Shown: positions 11,860-22,031 of the stretch, piece after piece | Position numbering within the stretch: the first letter of the stretch is position 1 | Layout: each line of letters begins with the position of its first letter | Assembly (NCBI GenBank): GCA_963724295.1 | Contig: CAVRUC010000003.1 | Location: 64,001-128,000 of the forward strand | From: an uncultured Chloroflexia bacterium | Lineage (GTDB): Bacteria > Chloroflexota > Chloroflexia > Thermomicrobiales > UBA6265 | Direction: 5' to 3' | Length of the DNA stretch: 64,000 nucleotides | Program-made: the position numbers and the translations under genes | Notes under the pieces: generated by a model | Databases searched by the model: none | The model's input: the letters and a program-made list of their open reading frames with translations, nothing else | What the model was told of the DNA's origin: nothing

Positions 11860-13275
11860 ATGTGGCAGCAGTACTTTCAACCACAAGGCCTCGACGACGC
11901 ACTCGCCCTCCGGGCGCATTACGGTGAGGGCGCGCGGATCGTGGCGGGTGGCACGGACGTCGTCGTTGAGCTCTCGCGCGGCATCCGGCCGACGTCGATC
12001 CTGATCGACGTCACCGCGATCCCCGGTCTTCGCCGCATCGGCTTGACCGAAGGGATCATCTCGCTCGGAGCGTTAACCACGCACAACGACGTCGTCGCCT
12101 CGCCGCTCTGTCGCCAGCGAGCGTTGCCACTTGCCCAGGCCTGCTGGGAAGTGGGCGCGCCACAGATTCGCGCCCGAGGCACCATCGCCGGCAATCTCAT
12201 CACCGCGTCGCCGGCCAACGACACGATCACGCCGCTCGTGGCGCTCGACGCCGAGATCGTGTTGCTCAGGGCGGGCGGCGAGCGAGTCGTGCGGCTCGAG
12301 GATTTCTATCTCGGCGTGCGGCGGACTGCGCTCGCCCCGGACGAGCTCCTGCGAGAGATCCGCTTCCCGGCCATGCGCCAGAACCAGCGCGGTCGCTTCG
12401 TCAAGCTCGGGTTGCGCCGGGCGCAGGCCATCTCGGTCATCGACGCCGCGGTTGTCTTGACCTTCGCTGGACCCAGGGTAGACGAGGCCAGGATCGCACT
12501 CGGCTCACTTGCACCGACCATCGTCCGAGCTGGAACGGCCGAGGACTTCCTCATCGGTAAGACGCTGACGCCCGAGGTCTGTTCCGAGGCGGCGGCGCTG
12601 GCTTGCGCGGCCGTGGCGCCAATCGACGACATCCGCGGCACCGCGACCTACCGCCTGCAAACGCTCCACAACCTTCTCGCCCGCACGCTGGAGGAGCTGG
12701 GGCGGCGCGATCTGCCGCCCGGCATTCCGGACGACCCGGTGCTTCTCGATACGAATCCGGCCGAGGCGGACCGGCTCTCGCCTGGGGGAGAGCCTTTCGC
12801 GGGTACGATCAAGACCCGTATCAATGGCCGGTCGATGGAATTGCGGACATCGACCGCCTGCACCCTCCTTGACGCCTTGCGGAACGAAGCCGGGCTCACC
12901 GGCACCAAGGAGGGCTGCGCGGAAGGGGAATGCGGCGCCTGCACGGTCTGGCTCGATGGGCAGGCGGTCATGGCCTGCCTCGTCCCCGCGCCCCAGGCTC
13001 ACAATGCCGACGTGGTCACCATCGAGGGTCTGGCGGCACTTAACGGAAATGCTCCGAACGATCTCCATCCGTTGCAGCAGACATTCATCGATCGTGGCGC
13101 GGTGCAATGCGGCTACTGCATCCCGGGCATGCTGATGGCCGGCGCCAAGCTCCTGCAGGAGCGGCCAACCCCTGACTTACCGGCGATCGAGATCGCCCTC
13201 AGCGGCAATATCTGCCGCTGCACCGGCTATCGCAAGATCTTCGACGCCGTCCAGGCGGCGGGAAACTACTCGTGA
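11860..13275 (+). CDS. Xanthine dehydrogenase-family FAD subunit fused to a C-terminal 2x[2Fe-2S] domain
   Basis: FAD domain motifs AGGTD and QIRARGTIAGN. Then GTKEGCAEGECGAC, QCGYCIPG and GNICRCTGY. Confidence 0.9.
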   Translation: MWQQYFQPQGLDDALALRAHYGEGARIVAGGTDVVVELSRGIRPTSILIDVTAIPGLRRIGLTEGIISLGALTTHNDVVASPLCRQRALPLAQACWEVGAPQIRARGTIAGNLITASPANDTITPLVALDAEIVLLRAGGERVVRLEDFYLGVRRTALAPDELLREIRFPAMRQNQRGRFVKLGLRRAQAISVIDAAVVLTFAGPRVDEARIALGSLAPTIVRAGTAEDFLIGKTLTPEVCSEAAALACAAVAPIDDIRGTATYRLQTLHNLLARTLEELGRRDLPPGIPDDPVLLDTNPAEADRLSPGGEPFAGTIKTRINGRSMELRTSTACTLLDALRNEAGLTGTKEGCAEGECGACTVWLDGQAVMACLVPAPQAHNADVVTIEGLAALNGNAPNDLHPLQQTFIDRGAVQCGYCIPGMLMAGAKLLQERPTPDLPAIEIALSGNICRCTGYRKIFDAVQAAGNYS

Positions 13276-15482
13276 CGCGCACCAGTGTGATCGGGCAGCC
13301 ACTGCCGCGACATGACGCGCTCGCCAAGGTCACCGGCGCGGCGCGCTACCCTGGTGATCTCCTCACCGCCGACACGTTGCACTTGAAGGTCGTCTACGCG
13401 GGACGCCCCCACGCTCGGATCGTACATATTGACTCGTCCGCGGCGATTGCCGCACCGGGCGTGGTCGCCGTTTTGACAGCCGCCGATGTGCCCTACAACG
13501 CCTTTGGCTTGATCGACCACGACCAGCCGGTCCTCTGCGCGGATCGCGTCCGCTTCGCCGGGGACAAGGTTGCCGTCGTCGTGGCCGAGACGAACGAGGC
13601 GGCCGAGTCAGGCGCGCGGCTGGTCGCCATCACCTACGAGGACCTACCGGCGGTGACCGATCCCCGAGACGCGCTGGCCCCGGACGCGCCGCTCGTGCAC
13701 GCGACGCGCGGTTCGAACCTGCTGGCGCGCATCCCGATCCGTAAAGGCGACGTCGAAGCCGGGTTCAGGGACGCGGACGTCGTGCTCGACGGGGAGTTCG
13801 CGACGTCCTGGCAAGAGCATGCGTTCCTGCAGCCCGAAGCCGGCATCGCCTACGTCGACGAGGCGGGGCGGGTCGTCATCGAGACCGCCGGGCAGTGGCT
13901 GCATGAGGATCGCAAGCAAATCGCCCAGATGCTGGGGCTCCCTGAAGAGCAGGTCGTCGTCCGTTACGCGGCTATCGGCGGCGCCTTCGGCGGACGCGAG
14001 GATCTCTCGGTGCAACACCTCCTGGCGCTGGCGGCGTGGAAGCTGCAACGGCGCGTCGGCATCATCTGGAGTCGCGAGGAATCGATCATCGCCCACCACA
14101 AGCGACACCCCTTCCGCATTCGTTGCCGCTGGGGTGTGACGCGCGTTGGGCGCATCACCGCCGTTCAAGCCGAGGTGCTCGCCGACGGCGGCGCCTACGC
14201 CTCGACCAGCGCCGAGGTGACGAAGGTTGCCACGCTCTTCGCCTCAGGCGTCTACGAGATTCCCAACATCGCGGTCGAGGGCAAGGCCGTCTATACGAAC
14301 AACATTCCCTCCGGTGCGTTTCGCGGGTTCGGTGCGCCGCAAGCGCAGTTCGCCGCCGAGATCATGGTCACCCGCCTCGCCCACGCCATTGGCATGGATC
14401 CCGTCGAGCTCCGGCGCCGGAATATTTATCGCGAGGGCAGCATCGAGCCGACCCAGCAGCCACTACCGCCTGGAGTGAGCGCGCTACCGGTGCTGGAGCG
14501 CTGCGTCGAGGAGGCCCAATCCCGGTTCGGTGCATTGGGTCTTGCGGGCAAGGTTGATGCGACCCGCCCATGGATCCGGCGCGGCATCGGCTTCGCCGCG
14601 GGGATGAAGAACCTGGGGTACTCCTTCGGCTTTCCCGAGCAATCGACGGCGACGGTCGAAGTCCGGGGCCGGGGCGAAGTGGAGAACGCGGTAGTTCGGG
14701 TCGGCGCCGCCGACGTCGGCCAGGGCTCGCACCTGGCGCTGCGCCAGATTGCTTCGGAAGTGCTCGGTCTCCCGCCCGATCGCATCGAGATGATCACCGA
14801 CGACTCGTCAGAGGCGCCGAACGCCGGCAGTGCCTCTGCATCACGACTGACATTGATGGCCGGTCGAGCCGTGCACGACGCCGCCGCGAAGGCGCTCGAG
14901 CACTACCGCGCCAGCGACGACGAGCGCGTCGAGGCGACCGTCCAGTTCCGACCCGCGGCGACCACGATGCTTTCGGACGACGACGGGTCCGGCATCCCGA
15001 ACTATTGCTACGGCTACGCGGCGCAGGCTGTCGAAGTCGAGGTCAACACCCTGACCGGGCAGGTGCGAGTCACCCGTATCATCAGCGTTCATGACGTGGG
15101 GCGAGCCGTGAACATGCAGCAGGTGGAGGGGCAGATCGAGGGCTGTCTGGCGCAGGCTGTCGGCTACGCGCTGCTCGAGGAGCTGAAGACCCGGGATGGC
15201 ATCATCCTCACCCCCCACTTCAGCACGTATCTCCTCCCGACCGCGCTCGACATGCCGGAGGAGATCGTACCGGTCGTGCTGGAGCTGGCAGACCAGCACG
15301 GCCCCTTCGGCGCGCGCGGGGTCGCCGAGATGCCGCTCGTGCCGTTTCTACCCGCGGTTGCGTCCGCCATCCACGACGCGGTTGGTGTCTGGCTCACCGA
15401 GCAGCCGTTCACCCCGGAGCGGGTGCTGGCCTCGCTTTCAGCGCCGGGCCGGGTCTCCGGAAATGCTGCGGCGGCTGATTAG
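13272..15482 (+). CDS. Xanthine dehydrogenase-family molybdopterin-binding subunit
   Basis: Motifs KVTG, QEHAFLQPE, GGAFGGRE, AFRGFGAPQ, DVGQG and GVAE. Located in the purine operon. Confidence 0.9.
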   Translation: MTRTSVIGQPLPRHDALAKVTGAARYPGDLLTADTLHLKVVYAGRPHARIVHIDSSAAIAAPGVVAVLTAADVPYNAFGLIDHDQPVLCADRVRFAGDKVAVVVAETNEAAESGARLVAITYEDLPAVTDPRDALAPDAPLVHATRGSNLLARIPIRKGDVEAGFRDADVVLDGEFATSWQEHAFLQPEAGIAYVDEAGRVVIETAGQWLHEDRKQIAQMLGLPEEQVVVRYAAIGGAFGGREDLSVQHLLALAAWKLQRRVGIIWSREESIIAHHKRHPFRIRCRWGVTRVGRITAVQAEVLADGGAYASTSAEVTKVATLFASGVYEIPNIAVEGKAVYTNNIPSGAFRGFGAPQAQFAAEIMVTRLAHAIGMDPVELRRRNIYREGSIEPTQQPLPPGVSALPVLERCVEEAQSRFGALGLAGKVDATRPWIRRGIGFAAGMKNLGYSFGFPEQSTATVEVRGRGEVENAVVRVGAADVGQGSHLALRQIASEVLGLPPDRIEMITDDSSEAPNAGSASASRLTLMAGRAVHDAAAKALEHYRASDDERVEATVQFRPAATTMLSDDDGSGIPNYCYGYAAQAVEVEVNTLTGQVRVTRIISVHDVGRAVNMQQVEGQIEGCLAQAVGYALLEELKTRDGIILTPHFSTYLLPTALDMPEEIVPVVLELADQHGPFGARGVAEMPLVPFLPAVASAIHDAVGVWLTEQPFTPERVLASLSAPGRVSGNAAAAD

Positions 15483-15567
15483 TCGGCGCCGCATTGGTGA
15501 CCGTGCGCTTACCGCATAGACTCGCATTTGGCAATGATTGGTCATCATCCGGGAAGGGAGCGCCCGC

Positions 15568-15984
15568 TTGAGTCAACTGTTGCGGATCACCGCGGGACCA
15601 TATGAATTCGTGGCCCGCCTGGAAGAAGCGGCCGCGCCGAAAACCTGCGCCGCGTTCCTGCCGCGCCTGCCCTTCCGGAACCAGATGATTCACGTCCGCT
15701 GGAGCGGCGAATCGACATGGATTCCTTTGGGCGACTTCGACTTCGGCGTCGGTTTCGAGAACGCCACCAGCTATCCCGCCCCGGGGCAGGTGCTTCTCTA
15801 TCCCGGGGGCTACAGCGAGACGGAGATCCTGTTCCCCTACGGCGCTTGCTGCTTCGCATCGAAGATGGGCCAGCTCGCCGGGAATCATTTCCTGACCATC
15901 GTCGAGGGGAATGAGAATCTGGTCGCGATTGGCATCCTGTGCCTCCGGGAGGGCGCGCAGGACGTCGTCTTCGAGCACGCCTAG
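15568..15984 (+). CDS. DUF3830-like cyclophilin-fold protein
   Basis: APKTCAAF, HVRWSGE, ENATSYP.PG..LLYPGG.SETEIL.PYG and GQLAGNHF. TTG start after GGAAGGGA. Confidence 0.8.
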   Translation: MSQLLRITAGPYEFVARLEEAAAPKTCAAFLPRLPFRNQMIHVRWSGESTWIPLGDFDFGVGFENATSYPAPGQVLLYPGGYSETEILFPYGACCFASKMGQLAGNHFLTIVEGNENLVAIGILCLREGAQDVVFEHA

Positions 15985-16076
15985 CGCGGGTGCCCGTGCG
16001 AGGTGCAATAATGCGTGCGATTTCCAATACCGCGCCGTCGCGGTCTGAAACTCAGCAGTCACGAAGGAGAAACCGT

Positions 16077-17192
16077 ATGGTCCGGCGGGGTCTTGTCGTT
16101 GCGCTTTCCGTCCTGTTTCTGATCGGTGGGCTAGTCACCTCGCGTGCCGGCGTCAACGCGCAGGACGCCACGCCGGCCGGCGAGCCGATCAAAGTCGGGT
16201 TCGTCTATGTCGGCCCAGTCGGAGATCTTGGTTGGACCTACGCCCACGATCAGGGGCGGCTCGCACTCGAAGAAGCGCTGCCAAACGTCGAGACCGGCTA
16301 CCAGGAGAACGTCCCCGAGAATCCGGCTGACGCCGAGCGGGTGATCCGCCAGTTCGCCCAGGATGGTTACAACGTCATCTTCACGACGTCATTCGGCTAC
16401 ATGGATCCGACGATCAACGTCGCCAAGGATTTTCCCGATACGACCTTCATTCACATCTCCGGGTTCAAGACTGCTGAAAATGTCGGCACGGGCTTCGGCA
16501 AGATCGAGGAGCCGCGCTTCGTCTCCGGTCAACTCGCCGGAGCGATGACGGAGTCCAACCAGATTGGCTACGTTGCCGCCTTCCCGATCCCCGAGGTCAT
16601 TCGCGGCATCAACGCGTTTACGCTCGGCGTGCGCGAGGCAAACCCTGAAGCGACCGTGCGGGTGGTGTGGACCAACACCTGGTTCGATCCGGCCAAGGAG
16701 CGGGCAGCGGCCGAGGCGCTCCTCGACGGCGGCGCGGACGTGATCGCCCAGCACCAGGACACCGCCGGCCCGCAGCAGGCGGCCGAGGAGCGCGGCCTCT
16801 ACGGCGTCGGCTACAACGCGGACATGGCACCGCTCGCGCCCGACGCCGTCATCACGTCGGCGATCTGGAACTGGGGCCCGTACTACATCGACATCGTCGA
16901 GCGTGTCATGGACGGCACCTGGGAATCAGAGCAGTACTGGGGTGGCTGGCAGGACGGCGTCGTCGACCTGGCTCCGATCGCCGAGTTCGTCCCGGAAGAG
17001 ATCCGCACGGCCGCCGAGGAAGAGGTCGCCCGCTTCAAGAGCGGCGAGGAAACCATCTACACGATCTTCACCGGACCGATAGCGGACCAGACTGGCGAGA
17101 TCCGCGTGCCTGAAGGCCAGTCCATGACCGACGAAGAGCTCCTCAGCATGGACTGGTTCGTCGAGGGAGTTGAGGGCGAAATCCCGAGCTGA
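16077..17192 (+). CDS. BMP-family ABC transporter substrate-binding protein (purine/nucleoside)
   Basis: Signal peptide, then KVGFVYVGPVGDLGWTYAHDQGR, TTSFGYMD, PIPEV.RGINAF and WFDP. RBS AAGGAG upstream. Confidence 0.92.
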   Translation: MVRRGLVVALSVLFLIGGLVTSRAGVNAQDATPAGEPIKVGFVYVGPVGDLGWTYAHDQGRLALEEALPNVETGYQENVPENPADAERVIRQFAQDGYNVIFTTSFGYMDPTINVAKDFPDTTFIHISGFKTAENVGTGFGKIEEPRFVSGQLAGAMTESNQIGYVAAFPIPEVIRGINAFTLGVREANPEATVRVVWTNTWFDPAKERAAAEALLDGGADVIAQHQDTAGPQQAAEERGLYGVGYNADMAPLAPDAVITSAIWNWGPYYIDIVERVMDGTWESEQYWGGWQDGVVDLAPIAEFVPEEIRTAAEEEVARFKSGEETIYTIFTGPIADQTGEIRVPEGQSMTDEELLSMDWFVEGVEGEIPS

Positions 17193-17198
17193 CGCTCC

Positions 17199-17300
17199 GG
17201 GTGATGGGTGATAGGTGATGGGTGTTAGGGTGAGGCGAGGATGACCCTATCGGCTTCGTCTATACCCCATCACCCAAGACCCCATCATCCCGACACCCCC
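17199..17300. repeat. GGGTGAT/ATCACCC-type short tandem repeats in inverted arrangement spanning the ATPase start
   Basis: GGGTGATGGGTGATAGGTGATGGGTGTTAGGGTG ... CCCCATCACCCAAGACCCCATCATCCC. Confidence 0.75.
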
Positions 17301-18851
17301 GTCCCACCCGCGGTCGCGATGCGCGACATCAGTAAGCGCTTCGGGCCGGTGGTGGCCAACGATCACGTCGATTTTAAGGCGTCCTGGGGTGAAGTTCACG
17401 CCCTGATCGGCGAGAACGGCGCCGGCAAGTCGACGCTGATGAGCATCCTGGCCGGGCTCTACAGGCCGGACAGTGGTCAGGTCGAGATCGACGGCATGCC
17501 GGTCCGGTTGCGGTCGCCCCGCGACGCGATTGCGCAGGGCGTCGGCATGGTCTACCAGCACTTCATGCTCGTCGAGCCGTTCACGGTTGCGGAAAACGTC
17601 GTGCTCGGCGAACAGCGATCAGGCGTCGACTTGCAGACGTCGCGGGTCGAGCGGGAGCTAGCCTCGCTGAGCGAGCGATATGGTCTCGGCGTCGATCCGC
17701 GAGCGAGGATCTGGCAGCTCTCCGTCGGCGAGCAGCAGCGGGTGGAGATCCTGCGTCTGCTCTATCTCGGTGCGCGCATCCTCGTGTTCGACGAGCCAAC
17801 CGCCGTCCTCACGCCACAGGAGGCCCAGCGTCTGGTTCAGACGCTCCGCGGCATGGCGGCGCAGGGCTTTTGCGTCGTGTTCATCTCGCACAAACTCGAC
17901 GAAGTGCTCGAGGTCGCTGATCGTGTCAGCGTCCTTCGCCGGGGTCAGGTCGTGGCGACAACCCCGCCGGCCGAAACCGACCGCCGCACGCTGGCCCGGC
18001 TCATGGTGGGGCGCGAGCTGGCCGATTTCGTCGAGCATCCCACGGAAGAACCGCACGAGGTCGTAACGCCCGGGGAGACAGTTCTGGAGCTGCGCGGCGT
18101 TGGCGCCCTTGGGGACAAAGGAGTGCCGGCCTTGCGGGATATCGATCTGGAGGTCAGCGCGGGCGAAACGCTCGGTATCGCTGGCGTTGCCGGCAATGGG
18201 CAGCGTGAGCTGGCCGAGGTCGTGACCGGGCTCCGGCCGGCGACTGACGGGGCCATCCGGATCGACGGCAAGACGATGACCAACCGGCCGGCGGCGGAGA
18301 TCGCCCGCGCCGGTGTCGCGCATATCCCCGAAGATCGCCTGGCAACGGGGCTAATCGGCGGCATGGATCTCTCCGAAAACGCCATCCTGCGCGACTACGC
18401 GGAGCCACCGCTGTGCAGCGGTCCGTTCCTCTCGACCAGGGCTGTCGCGTCCTTCACTGACCGCCTCATCGCCGATCACGACGTGAAGACGCCGGGTCGT
18501 TGGGCCAAGCTGCGCACGCTCTCCGGTGGGAATCAGCAAAAGCTCCTCCTCGCCCGCGAGCTTTCCGGTCAACCCCGTCTCATCGTCGCGGTCCATCCCA
18601 CCCGCGGCGTCGACGTTGGCGCCACCGAAGCGATCCACGAGGCATTGCGCAAGCAGCGGACGCGCGGCGCTGCCACCCTGCTCATCTCCGAGGACCTGGA
18701 CGAGCTTCTCGCGCTCTCAGACCGAATCGCGGTCCTCTTCGATGGTCGCGTGATGGGCGTTCTGCCCGCCCGCGAGGCCGATCTGGAGGAGATCGGTCTG
18801 CTCATGGCAGGCGTCGGAAGTCAGGAATCGGACGTCGGCAGCCATGTCTAG
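17241..18851 (+). CDS. ABC transporter ATP-binding protein (two NBDs, nucleoside/sugar type)
   Basis: Motifs GENGAGKST, LSVGEQQ, FDEPT, GVAGNGQ and LSGGNQQK. Confidence 0.94.
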   Translation: MTLSASSIPHHPRPHHPDTPVPPAVAMRDISKRFGPVVANDHVDFKASWGEVHALIGENGAGKSTLMSILAGLYRPDSGQVEIDGMPVRLRSPRDAIAQGVGMVYQHFMLVEPFTVAENVVLGEQRSGVDLQTSRVERELASLSERYGLGVDPRARIWQLSVGEQQRVEILRLLYLGARILVFDEPTAVLTPQEAQRLVQTLRGMAAQGFCVVFISHKLDEVLEVADRVSVLRRGQVVATTPPAETDRRTLARLMVGRELADFVEHPTEEPHEVVTPGETVLELRGVGALGDKGVPALRDIDLEVSAGETLGIAGVAGNGQRELAEVVTGLRPATDGAIRIDGKTMTNRPAAEIARAGVAHIPEDRLATGLIGGMDLSENAILRDYAEPPLCSGPFLSTRAVASFTDRLIADHDVKTPGRWAKLRTLSGGNQQKLLLARELSGQPRLIVAVHPTRGVDVGATEAIHEALRKQRTRGAATLLISEDLDELLALSDRIAVLFDGRVMGVLPAREADLEEIGLLMAGVGSQESDVGSHV

Positions 18852-19947
18852 CCGACTCGCCGCCACCGCGAAGTCGTCTCGCCGCTTCCGAATCGAGCGA
18901 GCCCCGGCGGCATCGCGCTGGACAATGGCCCTCGTCACCGGGCTGTCATTTCTCCTCGCGCTTCTTTTTGGAGGGATTGTCCTCTTCCTGGCTGGGGAGA
19001 ACCCGCTTCAGGTCTACCAAGCGATGTTCGAGGGCGCCTTCGGCGATTGGAACGGCGTGGCGGAAACCCTGGTCAAGACCACCCCCCTCCTGCTTGCAGG
19101 ACTCGGTGTTGCCGTCGCGTTTCGCATGCAGCTCTGGAACATCGGCGCGGAAGGGCAGCTCTACTGGGGGGCCATCTTCGCCACCGGCTTGGCTCTCTTC
19201 GTGATCCCCGGCGCCCCAGGTTGGGTGATGGTGCCGGCGATGGTCGCCGCCGGCCTGCTCGGCGGCGGGTTATGGGGGGTGATCCCGGGCGCGTTGCGGG
19301 CGTGGTTTGGAGCGAGTGAGATCATCACCTCGCTCATGCTCAACTACGTCGCCATCCTCTTCAGCGAGTATCTCGTCCACGGCCCCTGGCGGGACCCCCA
19401 ATCGTTCGGATTCCCCGGCACGCCATCCCTGCCGGACGCGGGCTGGCTCGCCCACTGGGGGACGACCCGCGTTCACCTCGGGCTGCTTTTCGGGCTCGTC
19501 GCCGCGCTCGTCCTCTGGATCGTGCTGCGCCGGACCCGCTGGGGATACGAGATCAGCGTCATGGGCGAGAATCCTCGTGCCGCACTCTACGCCGGCATGC
19601 CGACGAAGCGTGCGATCCTCCTCGTCATGGCGCTCTCGGGCGCTCTGGCCGGTCTGGCCGGGATGAGCGAGGTTGCCGGCATCGGACATCAGCTGCAACG
19701 CAACCTCTCGCCGGGCTACGGCTACGCCGCGATCATCGTGGCCTGGCTGGGGCGCCTGCATCCCTTCGGCGCCGTGCTGGTTGCCTTCTTGTTGGCTGCG
19801 CTCACGGTCGGCGGAGATCAGATCCAGATGTCGCTCGGGCTACCGGCCGCTATCGCCCCCATGCTCCAGGGCACGATCCTCTTCTTCCTCCTCGGCGGCG
19901 ATATCCTCACTCGATACCGCATAACGAGGGAGACGGGTGACGAGTGA
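18844..19947 (+). CDS. ABC transporter permease (nucleoside type)
   Basis: WNIGAEGQ, EIITSLMLNY and GYGYAAI; multiple hydrophobic segments. Confidence 0.92.
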   Translation: MSSRLAATAKSSRRFRIERAPAASRWTMALVTGLSFLLALLFGGIVLFLAGENPLQVYQAMFEGAFGDWNGVAETLVKTTPLLLAGLGVAVAFRMQLWNIGAEGQLYWGAIFATGLALFVIPGAPGWVMVPAMVAAGLLGGGLWGVIPGALRAWFGASEIITSLMLNYVAILFSEYLVHGPWRDPQSFGFPGTPSLPDAGWLAHWGTTRVHLGLLFGLVAALVLWIVLRRTRWGYEISVMGENPRAALYAGMPTKRAILLVMALSGALAGLAGMSEVAGIGHQLQRNLSPGYGYAAIIVAWLGRLHPFGAVLVAFLLAALTVGGDQIQMSLGLPAAIAPMLQGTILFFLLGGDILTRYRITRETGDE

Positions 19948-20013
19948 CGAGTGACGGGGTGACAGAGGGCTTAGGGTCGCGGTTTGCCATGACCGGAGCA
20001 CCACGTCGGGAAC

Positions 20014-20039
20014 GGGGGCGACGCGGGCTGCGCCCCTAC
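20014..20039 (-). repeat. GTAG-type REP-like palindrome
   Basis: Minus strand GTAGGGGCGCAGCCCGCGTCGCCCCC. A related copy lies at 54835-54858. Confidence 0.6.
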
Positions 20040-20059
20040 CGACAACCTCTTCGTCTTCT

Positions 20060-20116
20060 TCTCGACTTCTCGACTTCTCGACTTCTCGACTTCTCTTACC
20101 GACTCATCGACTCACC
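20060..20116. repeat. Tandem CTCGACTT 8-mer repeats directly before the permease start
   Basis: (CTCGACTT)x4 followed by degenerate CCGACTCATCGACTCACC. Confidence 0.8.
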
Positions 20117-21064
<948 letters not shown>

Positions 21065-21096
21065 CGAGCGTGTGGCAGCGGGATCGGACTTCTTCC

Positions 21097-21897
21097 CTAC
21101 TTCCGCGCGATGAAGACCAGCATTGTGTCGTCAGCAGTTGGTTTCTTCTCGCTGTAGCCCGCACGCACTGAGACATCGGCGAACCCGGCGTTCGCGAGCA
21201 TGAGCAGGATCTCATTGCAAAAGTACAGGTTTTCCTGAAGGAGCCGGTCCTCCTGGGCCACGAGCCGCCCGTCCAGCCACAGCTCGGCGCGCATCTCCAG
21301 AGTCTGCCGCTGCTCCAGCGGGTCGAGATCGACCAATCGCACGCGGAGCCCGATCTCGTCCCCGCTGGCAGTCCGCTTGCGGGCTCCTGCCTCGGGCCAG
21401 GCCTCGGGTAGCCGCTGACGCTGTTCCGGCAGCCAGGTCGACCAGCGTTGCGTATCGTCGTTGGGAAGATAGTGACTGAACACAAGGGTTCCGCCGGGGA
21501 CGAGATGGTCGTAGCAACGCCGCAGCGCCTCGGCGTCCTGATCCCGCCGTCCACCGAGACCGAATGAATCGCAGATGTAGATCGTGCGGTAGCTCCGCGG
21601 CAGATCGAGGTCGTGCATGGCCTGCTTGTACAGCCTCGGAGTCAGTCCCTGTTGAGCGGCTCCTTCCCGGCAATAGGCGAGCATGTCGGGCGAGATGTCG
21701 CAGCCGTCAATGTCCAGACCGGCGCTCACCAACGGCAGCAGGAGGCGCCCCGCCCCGCAGGCGAGATCGAGGGCCGGCTGACCATCCTCCTCGACGATGC
21801 CGCGGTAAAAGGTGAGCTCGTCCGGGTCGGGTGCGTTGAACTCCGCCCACCACCGGGCGACCAGACCGTAGTGCCAGGTTTGTGGTTGCTCGCTCAA
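21097..21897 (-). CDS. Class I SAM-dependent methyltransferase
   Basis: ALDLACGAGR motif I, DISPDML and HLVPGG. Start is TTG 21897 or GTG 21915. Confidence 0.85.
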   Translation of the reverse strand: MSEQPQTWHYGLVARWWAEFNAPDPDELTFYRGIVEEDGQPALDLACGAGRLLLPLVSAGLDIDGCDISPDMLAYCREGAAQQGLTPRLYKQAMHDLDLPRSYRTIYICDSFGLGGRRDQDAEALRRCYDHLVPGGTLVFSHYLPNDDTQRWSTWLPEQRQRLPEAWPEAGARKRTASGDEIGLRVRLVDLDPLEQRQTLEMRAELWLDGRLVAQEDRLLQENLYFCNEILLMLANAGFADVSVRAGYSEKKPTADDTMLVFIARK

Positions 21898-22031
21898 GCA
21901 ACGTGTCCGTTTCACGATTCCAGCCTCCGGCGGGGTCGCGGCTCATGGTCTGGATTATCATGGTCGTGTCGCTTCGCGGCGCGGCCTGGCGGCTCGATCG
22001 GCGCCCACCCGCTTCGGGAGGAACCAGACAC

